A stretch of DNA of 64,000 nucleotides from Balamuthia mandrillaris (GCA_031835245.2 JAVKOQ020000006.1:186001-250000); one strand, 5' to 3'; shown: positions 34,629 through 50,064, counted from the first letter of the stretch. Numbers and translations: made by a program. Notes: generated from the sequence alone by a model not told the origin.

Positions 34629-35679
34629 ATGGCGACAACACCGGTTGGAGCTGGCGCTGTCGTTTCTGCTGGCGGCAGTGGCAGTGGCGCGCCGCGTCCC
34701 ACCACCAACGTCGAGGATCTGGCGCGACGCTTCATGGCAGCAAGAGGTTCGTTTGTTTCTCTCTCACCCTCCATTTCTTTCGCTTGTTGCAGTTGTTGAC
34801 GCCCCGAATCTTCATAACTTCAGACGATGCGGCCACGCAACTGCAAATCGTGACGGAGATCAGAGATAACGTGGAGATTGTGCACACGGCCGAGTATCCC
34901 AACTTCCTCAAGTACCTCTTTCCCATATTCTACAACCTGCTGCGACAGGGGCAGCCGGAGCTGGGCGACGGCCCGGAGCAAAAGACTCGTAACACCGTGC
35001 TGGACATACTCAACCGCCTGCCCAACAACGAGCACCTGAAGCCCTACGCCCACAACCTCTTGAAGCTCTCGATGTACCTCTTGGAGGTGGAGAACGAGGA
35101 GAACGCCGTCATCTGCCTGCGCATCATCATTGACCTGCACAAGAACTATCGGCCCATGCTGGAGGAGGAGGTGCAGCCCTTTCTGGACATTGTGCAAAAG
35201 ATCTACAGCGAGCTGCCCAAGACCGTCCGACTGACCTTTCAAGGCTCAGGCAGCAGCACCTCTCCATCAGCGGCGGGAGGAGATAAAGCCGCAGGTTCTC
35301 CTTCTTCCTCTCAACAACAACGTGCTGCAACGCAGCAGCAACAACAAGGAGGAGCCATGCCACTGAACATTGACACGCAGAAGAAGCCAACCACGCTGAT
35401 ACGCAGCACGCAGTCGTTTAAAGTGTTGACTGAATGTCCCATCATTGTTGTGCTGCTCTTTCAGCTATATCCACGATTCCTGCAAACCAATATTCCCAAG
35501 TTCATGCCGTTAATTGTCAATACTCTCACCCTCACTGCCCCTCCCTCCGCCCTCACTGTTCATCGTGCTTCTTATGTGGACTTCATTGCTGCTCAAGTCA
35601 AGGTCCATAATCTCATATCTCTCTTTTTCTTTCTCTTTCTCTTTCTCTTTCTCTCTCTCTTTCTCTCTCTCTTTCTCTT

Positions 35680-35727
<48 letters not shown>

Positions 35728-38700
35728 CTCTCTGTATTCTCCATTCGTATGCATTAACTTGTCGTTCCGCTTTCAAATCTTATAGACCCTTTCTTTCCTG
35801 GCATATATGCTGCGCAGTTTTGCCGAGCATTTGAAGCCTTATCAGGAGAGCATACCTTCTTGTGTCATCAACCTTCTTCTTAACTGCCCCAACGAATGCG
35901 CCGCCATTCGCAAGGAGCTTCTCATCGCCACTCGCCACATTTTGGCAACCGATTTTCGGCTTGGCTTCATTTCGAAGATTGATACTCTGCTCAACGAAGA
36001 GGTTTTGATTGGCAATGGACGAACGTCTTACGAGACACTTAGACCCCTTGCCTATAGCACTTTGGCAGATCTGGTCCATCACGTGCGTACCAACCTTTCG
36101 TTAGAGCAACTGACCAGAGTGGTCTATCTCTTTTCGAGGAACATACATGATCCCTCCCTTCCCTTCAACATTCAAACCATGTCCGCCAAGCTACTTCTCA
36201 ATCTGGTCGAGTGCATTGCACGTAAAAATACTGCTGAAAGCAGTCATGGTTAGTATATTATTGTTGAAGCTTGCTCTTGCTGCCCTTCTCACCGTTGATT
36301 GTGCAACTTAAGGGAGAACGCTCTTGGTGCGGATACTGGACAACTTTGTAAATAAATTCAGCAGCTTGAAGAAACAGATCCCCAAAATAGTCTCACAAAA
36401 GCCCGAAAGCATCATAACAGCTGAAGAGGAAAGCGCCTCTGCTCATAAAAAAAGACGAGCACAAGCTCTAGCCCTCTCCAACGTGAAAGGTAATCCATAG
36501 GCGTTTTTAGAAATTGTTTTGTTGCTTCGCTCTTTTGACACCCATTCAAATTGTAATTATGACAATATACAGATTGTAGGTTATTGATGAAAACGCTGGT
36601 GCTTGGTTTAAAAAACATAGTATGGGGTATTAGCTCCTGTTCTCCAGCCTTTCGTTTGATGACTGGTGGACGAGAGGATTTGCAGCGTGCAGTTGCGCTG
36701 GAGGAGAGTCTCATTTTCACCCGATTACTCAAGAATGGGCTTAAGTGCTTCTCCATTTACTCTGAGGGGCCAAATCCGTCACCCCAAGAAGAGAAAGACG
36801 TACGGCACTCTCTGCTCTCTGCTCTCCGCTCTCCTCCTCTCTCTCTCTCTCTCTCTGTTTCTCAGTTTGCTAATTGATGGACAAAAAACAAACAAATAAC
36901 AAATAGATTTTAGATCATTTTGCTGCGGTATTCACTATGGTGGATGGGAGCATGTTTCGCGATGTGTTCAACACACAAATGCCATTCCTATTTCAACAGA
37001 TGATGTCAAACCAAGCCGTGCTTACCATACCTCAACACTTTCTCGCCAATCCCAATGTCTCTCGCGTCTTTGCCGATATTCTTTTAAACTTTTTAATGAA
37101 ACGCCTCAGGTAAGTTCTCTGAATTATTTCTCTTTATCTTTAATTTCTCACGTAATCCTTGACAGTGAACTTGCCAGTGCTGATGCTTCCGCTTCTGCTG
37201 TTCTTCTACGATTATTCAAGCTCGTTTTTGGGTCTGTGACCTTGTTCTCAGACAATGAGCCCGTGTTGCAACCTCATTTGGCCAACATCATCACCTCCTC
37301 CATGAAATACGCTTCTGAAGTCAACGATCCCAATAACTACTTTCAATTGCTACGAGCCCTCTTTCGCAGCATCGGTGGTGGCAAATTCGAGCATCTCTAC
37401 AAAGAGTTCTTGCCTCTCCTACCAGCTTTGTTGGATATTCTTAATCGGCTGCAAGCCAGCTCTCATCCTCAGTCCTTGCGAGATCTGTTTGTGGAGCTTT
37501 GTCTGACGGTCCCGGTTCGTCTTAGCTCACTCTTGCCCTGCCTTCGTCTGTTGATGCGACCTTTGGTACTCGCCTTAGAGTCGAAGAATAATGACTTGGC
37601 ACGTATTTTCAACCTTTAAAATTATGGAAAGAGAACCAGTTAAACACTTTATCTCTAACCTGTTTGTAAAACAGGTTACACAAGGGCTTCGCACAATGGA
37701 GCTTTGTGTAGACAACTTAACTCCAGATTTTAGAGACCCCATCCTTGCCGAAGTGCAAACAGAGCTCATGCTCGCTCTGTGGAGACACATTCAATACCCG
37801 CCCACTGCTCACACCATCCAGGCGGTGCGCATTCTTGGCAAACTTGCTGGCAGAAACCGACGTTTCCTTAAATATGCTATGCCCCCATCGCTTGTGCGTT
37901 TCTTCTTGTTCTTCTTGTGCTTTTTGTTCCTCCTCTCATTTCAATTCAAAAAACAGGAATATGATAGGAATGCCCATTCCTTCCTAAATGTAGTGCTTGA
38001 ATTTGAACCCGGAATTCCAGTCACAATCCCACTTGGTCGCTTTGTCTTCAGTTGTCGTGACATCCTCGCATCAACCTCCTCGTCGCAAGAAATGAAGGTG
38101 TGTTTCTTTTCTTTTACGGAATGCATTTTTATTTACAATGCTATTCTTCTTCACTTTCTGATATACAGAGAGAAGCATTCACATTGCTGCAAGGTTGTCT
38201 TACATTGATGATAAATGCATCATGTATTCCGGATAACGAACGATTGGCTATGTCACCGTCTGAAATGCATATAGAAGATGGAATGGTAGGCAGCAAACTC
38301 GAACGGCACTACCCCTTATTTATCGAGTACGCTGACGAAGACGTAGCTACTCCCACCATCAAGACTCGCACTCATCTCAAGCATGAGACCGAGCTCTTGA
38401 AAACGCTTATTTCTGCAGTCGTTACCTCCTCATCAGATCCTCAAATCAAGGCATTGCTCCTCCTCCTTTCCTTCAAATAACTTTTTGCTTACTTCAAATT
38501 ACATTTGCAGGATTTTGTTATTCCCTTTGCCAAAAACCTAACGAGACACTTTGCCATTTTGTATGCTGTTGGAAAACAACCTCTCCCCACACGTTTGGAG
38601 GTACGCTTCAATGAACTCTGTCTTTGTGCGCTCTCCATTCCAAAGAACTTAAACGAATGAAATGCAGGAATTCGACCCCAAAATTTTCATCACAGCTCTG

Positions 38701-40700
38701 CTCGAAGGCATCACCTCGACTGAAAAGCTGCTTTCCAAAGCCTTTCTGTGGACTTTGGATACCCTCATATGCTATGTATTTGCCATCAAAGGAAAGGTAA
38801 CTTGAAGCCGTTGTTGTTTGGCGTTGAAATTTATTGACAAGCATGTTGAACATTATTGCAAAAGATGGCAGGAGCTGAATTGCCAGTATTCAGCGAGATG
38901 GCGATGCGAATAAGCCACTGTTGCTATAAAACCGATTGGCAATACAAAAGCGGCGGCTGCGCAGGCATATCATTATTGAGTAAAAGATTTCCGGTGCGGT
39001 GGGTTCGACAGTACGAAGTGCAATTTGTCAAGGCACTGTTGTTTATCCTTAAAGTAAGGCTTCCCTCTTTATTTTGCAGGACAGGATTTTGTTATATTTT
39101 GGCTAATCCCACAACATACAATGTTAACAAACAAATAATCAAAAGGACTTATCACCCGAAGTGTCAGCCTCTACCGTAGAAGAGGCATCTTTGACTTTGT
39201 CTCTGGTGCTGAAGGTGTGCAACTCTAAAAGTACGACAAACAGCACACCCACAAACGAGACAGAGTCCCCACAAGACGAGGCCATTTTCAGACAAGTTCT
39301 TTCATTGCTGGTGTCAGAGCTTTCACAACCTAATGCTACGGTGAGGAAGAATATTAAAACGTTGTTGCAACAATTGGCCGAGTTTACTGAAACAGAGGTA
39401 TCTTTGCTTTTCGTTCTACCCTATATGTTATTTTCTTGCGCGCTTATTTCTTTTCTTTGGCCAAAGATATCAACAATGCTCGAACCATTTAAAGTGCCAT
39501 TACTCAGCCCTATCTTTGCCAAGTCCCTTCAAAATCTTCCCATTCTCGTGCAGACAGGATATCTCGATGCCTTGACGTTTTATCTTGGCCTTCGTCCTCC
39601 TCTTCTTTCCTTCACTCCCGAGCTATTACGAGTTTTACGAGAAGCACTAGTAATCGCCGAAGCTGACGACCTTTACAAGCTGCGACAACCTCGCAAGCTT
39701 CAGCTGCTGAACAACTCAAAGGTTGTGGCCATTGAGTTGATGTCCGTTGCGATGGCGTGCCCTGAGTTCCAGGGACCTGAACATCAGGAGTTTCGAAACA
39801 GCATCATCTCTGTGTTTTTCAAGACACTTACTCTTCGCTCGAAGGAAGTTGTGGCTGTGTCGAAGAAAGGCCTCTCCCATGTAATTGTGCAGCACAAGCT
39901 TCCCAAGGTCTTGAGTTCTGCCCCTTGTTCTCGTTCTTCTTGTTCTTCTCTAACTTAATTCTTCGTGTAACTTTTTTTTTCCTTTTAGGAGTTGTTGCAG
40001 TCCAGCCTTCGTCCCGTCCTACTTAATCTCGCTGACCATCGAAAGCTTTCAGTGCCATTACTGAAAGGATTGGCACGACTGTTGGAACTTCTTACCAACT
40101 GCTTCAATGTTACGCTTGGAGGTAGAATTATGTTCTCACCTCTTCCTCTCCGAATACGTTTTTTAACCACATTTTATCTAGAGAAACTTTTAGAACATCT
40201 ACACAAATGGACTGAGCCTGCCAAACTGGCAGCAGCCAAAATATGGAAGGAGGGGGAAGAGATAAAAATTGCAGCACGTATCATCGATATCTTTCATCTC
40301 TTACCATCTGCCGCCAGCAAGTTTCTTGGTAAGCGATCATATTCTTTTACTAGATGCTATGAAGACTTACTGTTTTTTTTTTTTTTCAACAGACCAGCTG
40401 GTGACCCTGACAATTCAGTTGGAAGCTCTCCTTCCGCGAGAAATAACTAGCCCGTAATTCCTTCATGCTCTCTACTTTTGATGTCTGTTAACTGATACCT
40501 GTTACCAACCAATGTTAGATATCGAGAACCGTTGATCAAGTTTTTAAACCGATATCCTGCTGAAGCTCTTGAATATTTTCTATCTCGTCTCTCTACTCCA
40601 CAGTATAGCAAACTCTTTACCTTCCTCATCAACCACACGGTTAGTCCTAGTTTGTCAATATTAACTTTGCTAAGGGACAGTGATACTGATGTTCGCTTTT

Positions 40701-40736
<36 letters not shown>

Positions 40737-40906
40737 CCCAAAAGCTTGCTGGCCCTTTACGAACTGAGCTTTCGAAAAATCCTGACAAGTTAATTAAGTC
40801 TACCTTCCAAAACACTCAGGTTCGCGTTTGTTTTCCTTTGTGCTGCTTTGTTCTTCTCGTTGATTTTTTCTATCGTTTTGTTTATGAAATCACTGATCTT
40901 GTTCGT

Positions 40907-40937
<31 letters not shown>

Positions 40938-43900
40938 TTGTTCCAAAAAAGACTCAGTCGCCAGATCTGCAGTTCCAAGGCATATTGCTTGTGCGAACAC
41001 TTGTCAAGTTTTTGCCAGATTGGCTCGGTCAAAATAGGCCCGTGTTGGATTGCTTGCTTGAGATTTGGAAATCTCCCGCTGTACGCACCACTAACCTGTT
41101 TTTGTTGCTTTCTTTCGTGCTCACGCTGTTTCTTCTTCGATCACCTGAAGCATATGGCACGGTTAAAAAGCGAAGAAACGCTTCATCTTCAGCACCTTAG
41201 AGAATCTAAGCTGCTGATTAAATGCTTCCTCAACTATTGCAAGCAACACACAGATGAGGTGGACACATTGTTCCATATGCTCTCCATCTTCACCATCCGC
41301 ACTACCATGGATTACTCTTTCTTGCATGACTTTTACATGCATGATGTTGCCGAAGTTTGTTTCCTGTTCTGCTTTTGAGTACCACATTTGAACTAATCCT
41401 TCATCTCTCCTCTTGCAGGGATTTACTATAACTCAGAAAAAAGCGATTCTAAATCGCTTTGTAGAGCTGTTCCGCGACCCTAAGGATACAACATTCACCC
41501 AAGAACACAAAGTCAAGATATTGCAAGTTCTCATTATTCCTTTGTTGACTGCCTCCTTTCTCAAACAAGAGTCCAACGAGATTGTTGATCAAGCGGTACA
41601 ATACTTGTTTCTCTTTGTTTCTTCTGCAGCTTCTGTGCTGACTATTTCATTTGCTTATTCTTCTTCCTCGTCATGTTTTCTTTCCACTCAGATTATAGCC
41701 TCGATTGTGTCCAATATTCTGGATCCAAATTCTTCTGCAAAGGGAGGAGGGGATAAAGCAGTTCCTCCTCGTCCTGATGAGGCACTCAGCATTGAGCTCT
41801 TGCAACTCGCCACTTTGCTCGTCCGGTTTATGCCCAACGAATTGGTAGAGCACAGAAAGGAGCTCATCAAATTTGCGTGGAACCACCTCAAAAGCGAAGA
41901 CACAACCAGCAAGCAGTGTGCATACGTTTTAGTGTGTCGCTTCATCGAGGCCTATGAAACACCACATAAAATCATTTTGCAGGTTTACGTTGCTTTGCTC
42001 CGTGCCTTTCAACCAGAAGCTCGTTCTCTCGTCCGCCAAGCATTGGACATTCTTACTCCTGCTTTAGAGAAACGCGTTTGTTTTCTTCTCCTTTTTTCCC
42101 TCTCGTTCTCTTCTCTTCTATTCTCGTTCATCTCTAGTGCTCATTTTTTACATATTGCAGCTTCCATCCTCAAACCCTTGGATCAAGTGGACGAAAAAGA
42201 TATTGGTCGAGGAGGGTCATACTACCCCTCAGCTCATTCACATCTTGCAGCTGCTGTCGCGCCATCCAACTCTCTTTTACAAGAGCCGGGGGCAATTTGT
42301 GCCGCACATAGTGCACTCCTTGGCTCGCATTGGCTTATTGCCCAACGCCAGCATTGAGAATAAGAGGCTTGCCATCGATCTGGTGGACCTTATCCTCATT
42401 TGGGAGAGACGACGTCAACAGACCGAGGGCAGCTCCGACCAGTCACAAGAGGCTAGTGACCAAAATGAAGCCAACAAGCATTCTGCCGAAATGAGCACAA
42501 TCGGATCAAAAGAAAAAGCAGAAGAGCAACAAAGTGGACAGTCGGATGGCATGGAGATTGTTCGAGAAAAAACACAAGAGGATACTCCCTCGCCAAGCGG
42601 TGTGAATGGACAACAAGCCAAGCCGCAAAAAACTCCTGCTGCAGAAGGCCAAGACTTTAAGCCCAACACGGCCACGATGGAAATGGTGGTTAACTTTTTA
42701 ATACGGAGTGCTTCTACTGGTAGCGATGCTCGGGATCAGGTGCATTTCTCTCTCTCTCTCTCTATCTCTGGTAATCTTGTTATTTCTTTTTCTCGTTCTG
42801 ATGTTCTCTATCAGGGCCTTGCGTTTAGAGCACTCGAGCTTTTGAAGCATGCCTTGTTGTTGTGGCCGGACATTAACATCAAGTTTACATTCTTTGAGGT
42901 TGGTATTTTGTCTTTGTTTGTTTCGAAAAATAACGCAAATTAAAACACCATTCATATTCTACAGAAACTGGTTGCTGCTCCAGATCCTCATGTTGTTGTG
43001 ACTGGTCTTAGCATTTTGAACGTGATCACCGAGCATCAAACCCAAAAGTTTGTTCTTTCAAATGCAGCGCGGTTGCAATGTTTATTACCACTCTTCTCAT
43101 CCATCGATCAAAAGGTACAGCTTCTTTACTCGTTTCATCCATTTAAATATCTATGGTTCTTTGATTAACAAACAAACAAAAAAAAATAAAATAGATTGTC
43201 GCTTCCCTGTGCAAGTTGCTGGGAAAGATTTTCAAAACCTTTCCTATCGATAATCCTCCTACAGAACTGCTCCCATTTTATACAAGCATCAGCGAGATCG
43301 TGGGAAGCACCCTATTAGCGGATGATAAACGAGAGCGATGGTATGGCACTGTGCTTATTTTGAAGATTATTTCCGCCACTTCGGCTGCCTATCTCGACCG
43401 GTTCTTGCCCCAACTGGCCAAACTGTTACAAGTATACCTCCCTCTCAAAATTTCTCTTTTCTTCACTGTCCTCTTCGCTTTCTTTCCTATCTTCTTCTGT
43501 CCTTTGTGCTGATTTTTTTTACAGCGACTTGTGAAGGAGCAAGTGTCGTCCATACCTCCATCACAGGCAGGAGCTCCTGTGGGCTTGGGTCCAGTGGACC
43601 CCAGTGCAGGGCTTGATCCACGGAGCCAAAGCTCTTTGTTCACAATCAAGCTTTGTGTTCATCTGATAGGCCTTAGGGCCGGTAAACTTTCGTCCAGTGA
43701 TAAGAAGGCTTTCCTTTCGACCCTCTATTTGATATTGGAAAAACTGAACGACGTGCGTAGACATCTTCTCTTGTTGATATTCTTGTTCTTATTCTTCTTG
43801 TTCTTAATCGTGTTCTTCTTCTTCTTCTTCTTCTTCTTCTTCTTCTTCTTTCATCATAACGTTTGAACGCCAATTCAATTTGAATATCTAGGTGCAATTG

Positions 43901-46900
43901 CTTCGCAGTGTGCTCAAAATGGTTACCACTTGGATTCGTAAAGGTGCACCTGAACCGCAATCCTCAACACCCTATGTCTCTCCCATGCTTTCACCAGTTT
44001 TACCTCCTTCAGCTACCATCACTTCTTCTCCTGCCCCAACTGTCACTCCACCTTCCACAAGTACAAGCACGACAACAACAACTATCAATAATGCAAGTGC
44101 AGCATTGCCTGATGCTCACGTACTCAAACTATCGACAAAAGAAAAGACCAACTTGCTTCTTCGCATGATTCGCTTTGCAAACGTATCTCTTGCTCATCCT
44201 CTATCTTCATGAAAGAACAACCCTAACTTTGTAATTATACGTATTCAATAGATGGAGGATAAGGAACTGCAAAATGGTTTCTTGTATCTGGTCTATCACG
44301 TGTACAGCAATCTTGATAGCTCTCATAGAACCGACCAAGCAAAACTTGAACCTGCATTCATGGCAGGTCTTAGGTGCAATGATCCAACAGTACGAGCCAC
44401 TTTTTATGGAATCTATCACAAACGGATTGGCAAGGTTAAAATCCCTGTTCTCTCATCCCACCTTTCTTTCTCTAGTTCTCTTCAGTTCTTTCCTCTTTAA
44501 GCAAATTTAATGACGCTTCATATGAACAGAGTTTATGGCAGAGGCTCAATCATATCATTACAAATCAAAATTGGGAGCCACTGGCGGATGGCTATTGGAT
44601 AAAGCAAGCCTTGGAGTTACTGATGGGGGTGATCAACGCGAAGGAGCCGCTTCACCAAACGCCCCACTCTGCACGGCTACCTCCACTCGGGGATCAACCC
44701 TTCGTTTCATCATTGTCCGCTACAATGGATGTGGATGAAGACAACGAGCCAGCAACAGACAAAGGTCTCAGTTCTCCTTTGCACATCAGCTCCAATGACG
44801 AAGACAAAGATGGAATGGAAGAGGAAGATCACATGGAAATAGAGGATATGCATCAGTCCGATCATGGTAACGTTTCGGTGAACCAGGACGATGACATGCA
44901 GAAAGAAGACGAGGAAGAGAGAGGAGATGGCGTGGGAGGCAGGAATAGTAAGGGGAAGGAAAAGGAGCATAGCAGCGAGCAGAACAGGAACAGTGTATCC
45001 CAAAAAGAGAGCGAGAATGATAAAGACAAAACGATGGCAGATAAGTCGAAAGAGAAGCAGAGAGGCAACGATGAAATTAAAAAGAAGGAAGCCTCCTCAG
45101 CTACCAAAGAAGACGAAATGATGCCGGATGAACCCGTGATTACGGAGGAAAGCAAAGAGTCTCTCCTACAGCAACACGAGCAGTTTTTGAGCGTCGCTCA
45201 AAGCTACAGAACCAGGGACCTTTTGCAGCCTCTCAGCAAGCTGATCCACTGGAAGGACGACATGGCCTTCCACGTTTGGACCATTCTCTTTCCTGCTCTT
45301 TGGAGCCAGCTAGGCAAAGACGAACAGGCCCAGCTGGTCACGCCGCTGGTCTCCCTTCTCAGCAAGGACTACCACGCTCAACAGAAATTGATGCAACCTA
45401 ATGTGGTGCAAACGTTGCTGACCGCACTCTCGGCATGCAATCCCATGCCAGATATCCCTGTGAAGCTCATCAAGTATCTCGGCAAGTCCTTTAACGTTTG
45501 GCACGTCGCCACGTTGATGCTGGAATCCAAAGTTAATACTTTGATGGTGCATAACTCCTTGCCTACGAGAATGTCGTTGATGAGACCTCTCTCAAATGAC
45601 AGAGTAGAGGAGATGATGGAAGAGGAGCAAGCCGAGGATGGACCTTCGGCTACTTCGGGGGATCGTCGAGATGGAGAAAAAGAAGAAGATCGAGCCTATG
45701 AGGCCTTGGCTGAGCTCTATCAACTGCTTTCGGAGGAAGACCTCTACGCTGGCCTTATGATCAAGAGAGCGTGTACTCCTTTGACACGAGCAGGAATCGT
45801 GGCCGAACAACATGGGTTGTGGCAAAAATCTCAAGACCTCTTCTTCTACGCCATGGAAACGTCCCAACAACAAACCCACAATCCTACTTCTTCAGCAGCA
45901 ATGACAACAGCAGGAGGAAGCAACCAACAGTTAACAACAAGTCCATCATCACGCTCAGAACTGGCACTGTGGGAGGATCATTGGGTACACTGCGCCAAGC
46001 ATCTCAACCAGTGGGACACGCTCAACGAGTTTGCACGAGCCCAAAACCACACGGAGCTGCTGCTGGAGAGCGCCTGGAAGGTCGAGGACTGGAATGCCAT
46101 GAAGGAATGCCTCGTCAAGTACTGCTCTCCCAATAACATGATGCTGCCGGACTCTCCCCAGCTGAAGCTCTACCAGAGCTACATGGCGGTGCACGAGGCC
46201 AAGCCCCAGGATGTGGAAGGACTCTGCGCCATCGCCATCCAGCTCTGCCTGCGACAGTGGCAGGGATTGCCTGCCATGACGCCGCTACTGGCCCATGTGC
46301 CCCTCCTCCAGAGTTTCCAACAAATTGTGGAGCTGAGGGAGAGCGCACAGGTCATCCGAGAGATCAACGCCAACAACCGCCATCAAGCCATCCCTGAGAT
46401 CAAGAACATCCTCAACACGTGGCGGGAGCGCCTGCCCAACAAATGGGAAGACATCATCGTCTGGAACGACCTCTTGAGTTGGCGCCAACACGTCTTTACT
46501 CTCATCAACGCCGCCTTTCAACCGCTGGTGGAAGTCAACTCGGCCGTGGCCTATATAGGCCACCATGAGATCGCCTGGACCATCAACACCTTCTCTCACG
46601 TGGCGAGGAAGCATGGCCTGGTGGACGTCTGCCTCAACTCTCTCAGCAAAATCTACTCGCTGCCCAACATCGAGATACAGGACGCCTTTGTGAAGCTGCG
46701 GGAACAGGTTAAGTGCTACTTCCAGCTGCCCACTTTGTACCGCACTGGATTGGATATCATCAACTCCACCAACCTGGACTACTTTGGCCCACAGCAGAAA
46801 GCCGAGTTCTTTCAACTGAAAGGGGAGTTCTTGGACAGGATGGCCTATCATGAGGACGCCAACATGGCCTTCTCCACCGCTGTCAGCATCTTTGACGGTT

Positions 46901-49900
46901 TGGCTCATGGTTGGATCTCTTGGGGCCGCTTCGCTGACCGCCAATTCCTTGAGTACATGACGCCCAGCAATAAAGACGACAAAGAAGCAGCTAACAAGCG
47001 TTTGATGTGGGCTGAGTATTCTTTGAACTGCTACCTGCAGGCCATTCGTTCTAACACTTCCAACGCCAAGAAGCTCATCTCTCGCGTGCTGTGGCTGCTT
47101 CACTTTGACGATCCCGCCACAGCGCGGCTGGCCAAGTCTCTGGAGATATATGGAGAGAACTTGCCCATTTGGATATGGATCCCTTGGATACCACAGCTCT
47201 TCAGCTCTTTGTCTCGGCCTACGGAAGCCCCTCAAATGAAGAACATTATCCTCAAGATAGCCACTCTCTATCCACAGTCTATTTATTATCCTCTTCGCAC
47301 CTTCCTCCTTCGTCAACGACCCACCAGAACAATTATTCCCACTCCCTCTACCACTGCCCCTACTAATGGAAGTGTTGCCCTCAAACAAGAAGAAGGATCG
47401 GCTATGCAGCTGGAGAGTTCATCTGCTCCATCTGCTACACCATCAGCGGCTCCTCCTTCTCCTGCCATCCCATCTACTCCAGCCGCTGTTAGTGGCACGA
47501 ATGCAGCAGCTTCTTCCGCAACTTCATCAACAACAGCACGAGGTACTGGTGCTGCCGCACAATCTTCGAGCTCAACTTCAATGCCCTCTCCCGTTGGTGT
47601 CACCAACGCTGCTGCCACCACCAATTCAACGAACGGCAACAACAATGCCAACACAAACGTTGATACGATACCAAAGCTGACCACTACTACAACGCCCACT
47701 CCTCTGGCCTATGCGGAGGAAATTATGAAGCTGATGAAAGCTAGTTACCCGGCGGTTGTTGCCAAGATGGAAGAGATGGTAAAGGAAATCATTCGCTGCG
47801 TCACAACCTCTCCTGAAGAAAAACTCTTTGAGGTTTGCTCAGAGCTGTTGCAGTTGTGCTTCAAGGTACACCTTTCTCTCTCTGTCTTCTCTCTCCTCCG
47901 CCTATTGTGCCTCTTTTATTATTCTGACACCGTCATTGTTATCATCATCAAGTTTCCGGCTTGTATAGGTGCCGATATGTCCGAAGTGAACCAAGCGTTG
48001 CATCGCACAAAAGACATTGAGTTCGAGACGTCCTCTTCCACGCCTTCTCAGGTTAGTCTGGAGCCACTTTCCTTTCTTTGAAACTTGCTTTGTTTTCTCA
48101 CCAAAAGTTTTCGTTTGCTTTGTTGCCTCAATAGTACGTGAAAAGTATGCAAGAATATAAGAAAGCTTTCCTGGATGACTTTTTTGATGACGAGCATCAA
48201 GTCAAGTCGTTGGGCCTTGTGGAAATAGTAAACAAGCTTAAACGGTGGAGGCAACTGCTTCGCACCAAGATCGATGCCATGCCCAGCACCCTTGAGCTGG
48301 AGCAACTAAGTCGATATCTTGTTGGGTTCAAAAGCAACACAATTGAAGTTCCTGGTCAATACTTTGAGGTAGCATTTCTTTTTTGTTCTCCTCCTTCCCT
48401 CCCTTTGTTCTTTTTCTTTTTTTTTTTTTGCCTTTGCTCTTTTGCTCACTTTCTTCTTTGTAACAAAATAAAAACAACAGAACAAAGAACCAGCCACAGA
48501 CAATCACGTACGAATAGATGGCTTTCAATCTGAAGTCAAAGTGCTGCGCAAGAGCAAGTTCTCCCATCGCAGCATCACCTTGCGGGGCAGCAATGGCAAG
48601 GAATACCCTTTCCACTTTCAATGCCGACCCAGCCCAAAGCCCAAAGCGGAGGAACGCACTGTCCAGTTGTTGCGCCTGCTGAACGGCATGTTTGACAAAC
48701 ACATTCAAACGCGGCGGCGGCACGTTCACTTCAACATTCCGCCGGTGGTCTCTTTCTCTCCGGGAGTGAGGTTGATGCAGGTGGATGAGGACTATGTCTC
48801 TCTGCAGGATGTATATGAGGATGATTGTCATCAATGCGGAAGGGAGGAGGATGCTCACATGGCTCCCTTCTTTGCGATCAGCAAGCAGAACCAAAGGAGC
48901 GAAGATGACCATGAAGAAAGTACTTCTGCTTCTTCGTTGGTGGATGTAGATAATGATGTCCTTTTGGGTGCCCATAATCAAGTCTCTACCAATCTCATCT
49001 CTGATTTTGTGCTGACTAGGGTATGCTTTCTACTTTCCTTCTTTTTTTTTAAGCTTTCTTCGCTCCTTTCTTATCTCTCTCTCTCTCTCTCTCTCTCGCT
49101 TTTTTTTCCTCTTTCACATTGATTCTCATCATGCTTTCCATCTTTGCCTATTGTGTCTTTCTCACTCTCCAACCTTGATGTACAGTTTATAAGCAAGATG
49201 TTGGACTCGCAGATGCATCTCTTCCTCTTTAAGAAACAGTTTTGCTCAGAATTGGCATTGGTATCTCTAGTTGGCCACGTTCTCCACATTGGCAAGCGTA
49301 CTCCCGCCAATATCTACTTTTGCAAGAGTACCGGCCGTCTTCTTCACCTCGAATACCACCCTGGTTTGTTTTTTTCGTTCTCATTCTGAAGTTTTTCTCT
49401 GCTCATTTGCTTTTGTTCTCTCTGAAATGCAGAGTTGAACGAACGGACAGGAAGATTGGAGAGCAAGGAAACGGTGCCGTTCCGTCTGACTCGCAACCTG
49501 CAAAACTTTTTAAATCCGGTGTGGACGGAAGGCCCGTATAACGGTGTCATGACGGCCGTGGCCACGTGTCTTCAAGACTCTAAACGGCAGTTGCAGAACC
49601 ATCTCCACATCTTTATGAGAGATGAGCTCTCTGCCTGGTCAAAGATGATGATGATACGCTTGTTATCGTCTTCTTCTGTTTCTTCTTCTTCTTCTTCATC
49701 GTCGATGTCGTATGTGGAAGAGCAGCAACAAAGAGCGGAGGCGTTGAGGGAAAGAGTGGAGGCTAACACGGCTGCTGTATTGCAACGTATCGACTACATT
49801 GCTCCCTCTCGTAAAGATCGCGAAAAGGTTTGTTTGTTTTTCTTTCTATTTCTCCTCTCTTTGTTCTTCTCTTTTCTCGTTTGCTGCTGTTTTTTTTTTT

Positions 49901-50064
49901 TCCTTGTTTTGTGGGGTGACTAAATCATTTCGTTCTCTCTCATTTTCAAGGAGTATCCGCCCGGTGCAAGCCCTATCAATGAAAAGATAAGTCAGTTGAT
50001 AAAGGACGCGACCAGCCCTCATAACTTGTGTCGCATGGATCCGGCTTGGTTACCTTCTTTCTAA
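34629..50064 (+). CDS. TRRAP: TRRAP/Tra1 PIKK pseudokinase, multi-exon
   Basis: NEENAVICLRIIIDLHK, SFKVLTECPIIVVLLFQ, LRPLAYSTLADLVHHVR, ELCLTVPVRLSSLLP, WRERLPNKWEDI; pseudokinase LHIGKRTPANI; VPFRLTRN; FATC ending MDPAWLPSF*. Confidence 0.98.

Noticed and set aside
46285..47388. 367-aa minus-strand ORF and other long antisense ORFs
   Set aside because: Shadow frames of GC3-rich exons with no recognisable motifs.
49270..49320. Missing DRH/DFG catalytic motifs in the PIKK domain
   Set aside because: Normal for TRRAP/Tra1 pseudokinases.
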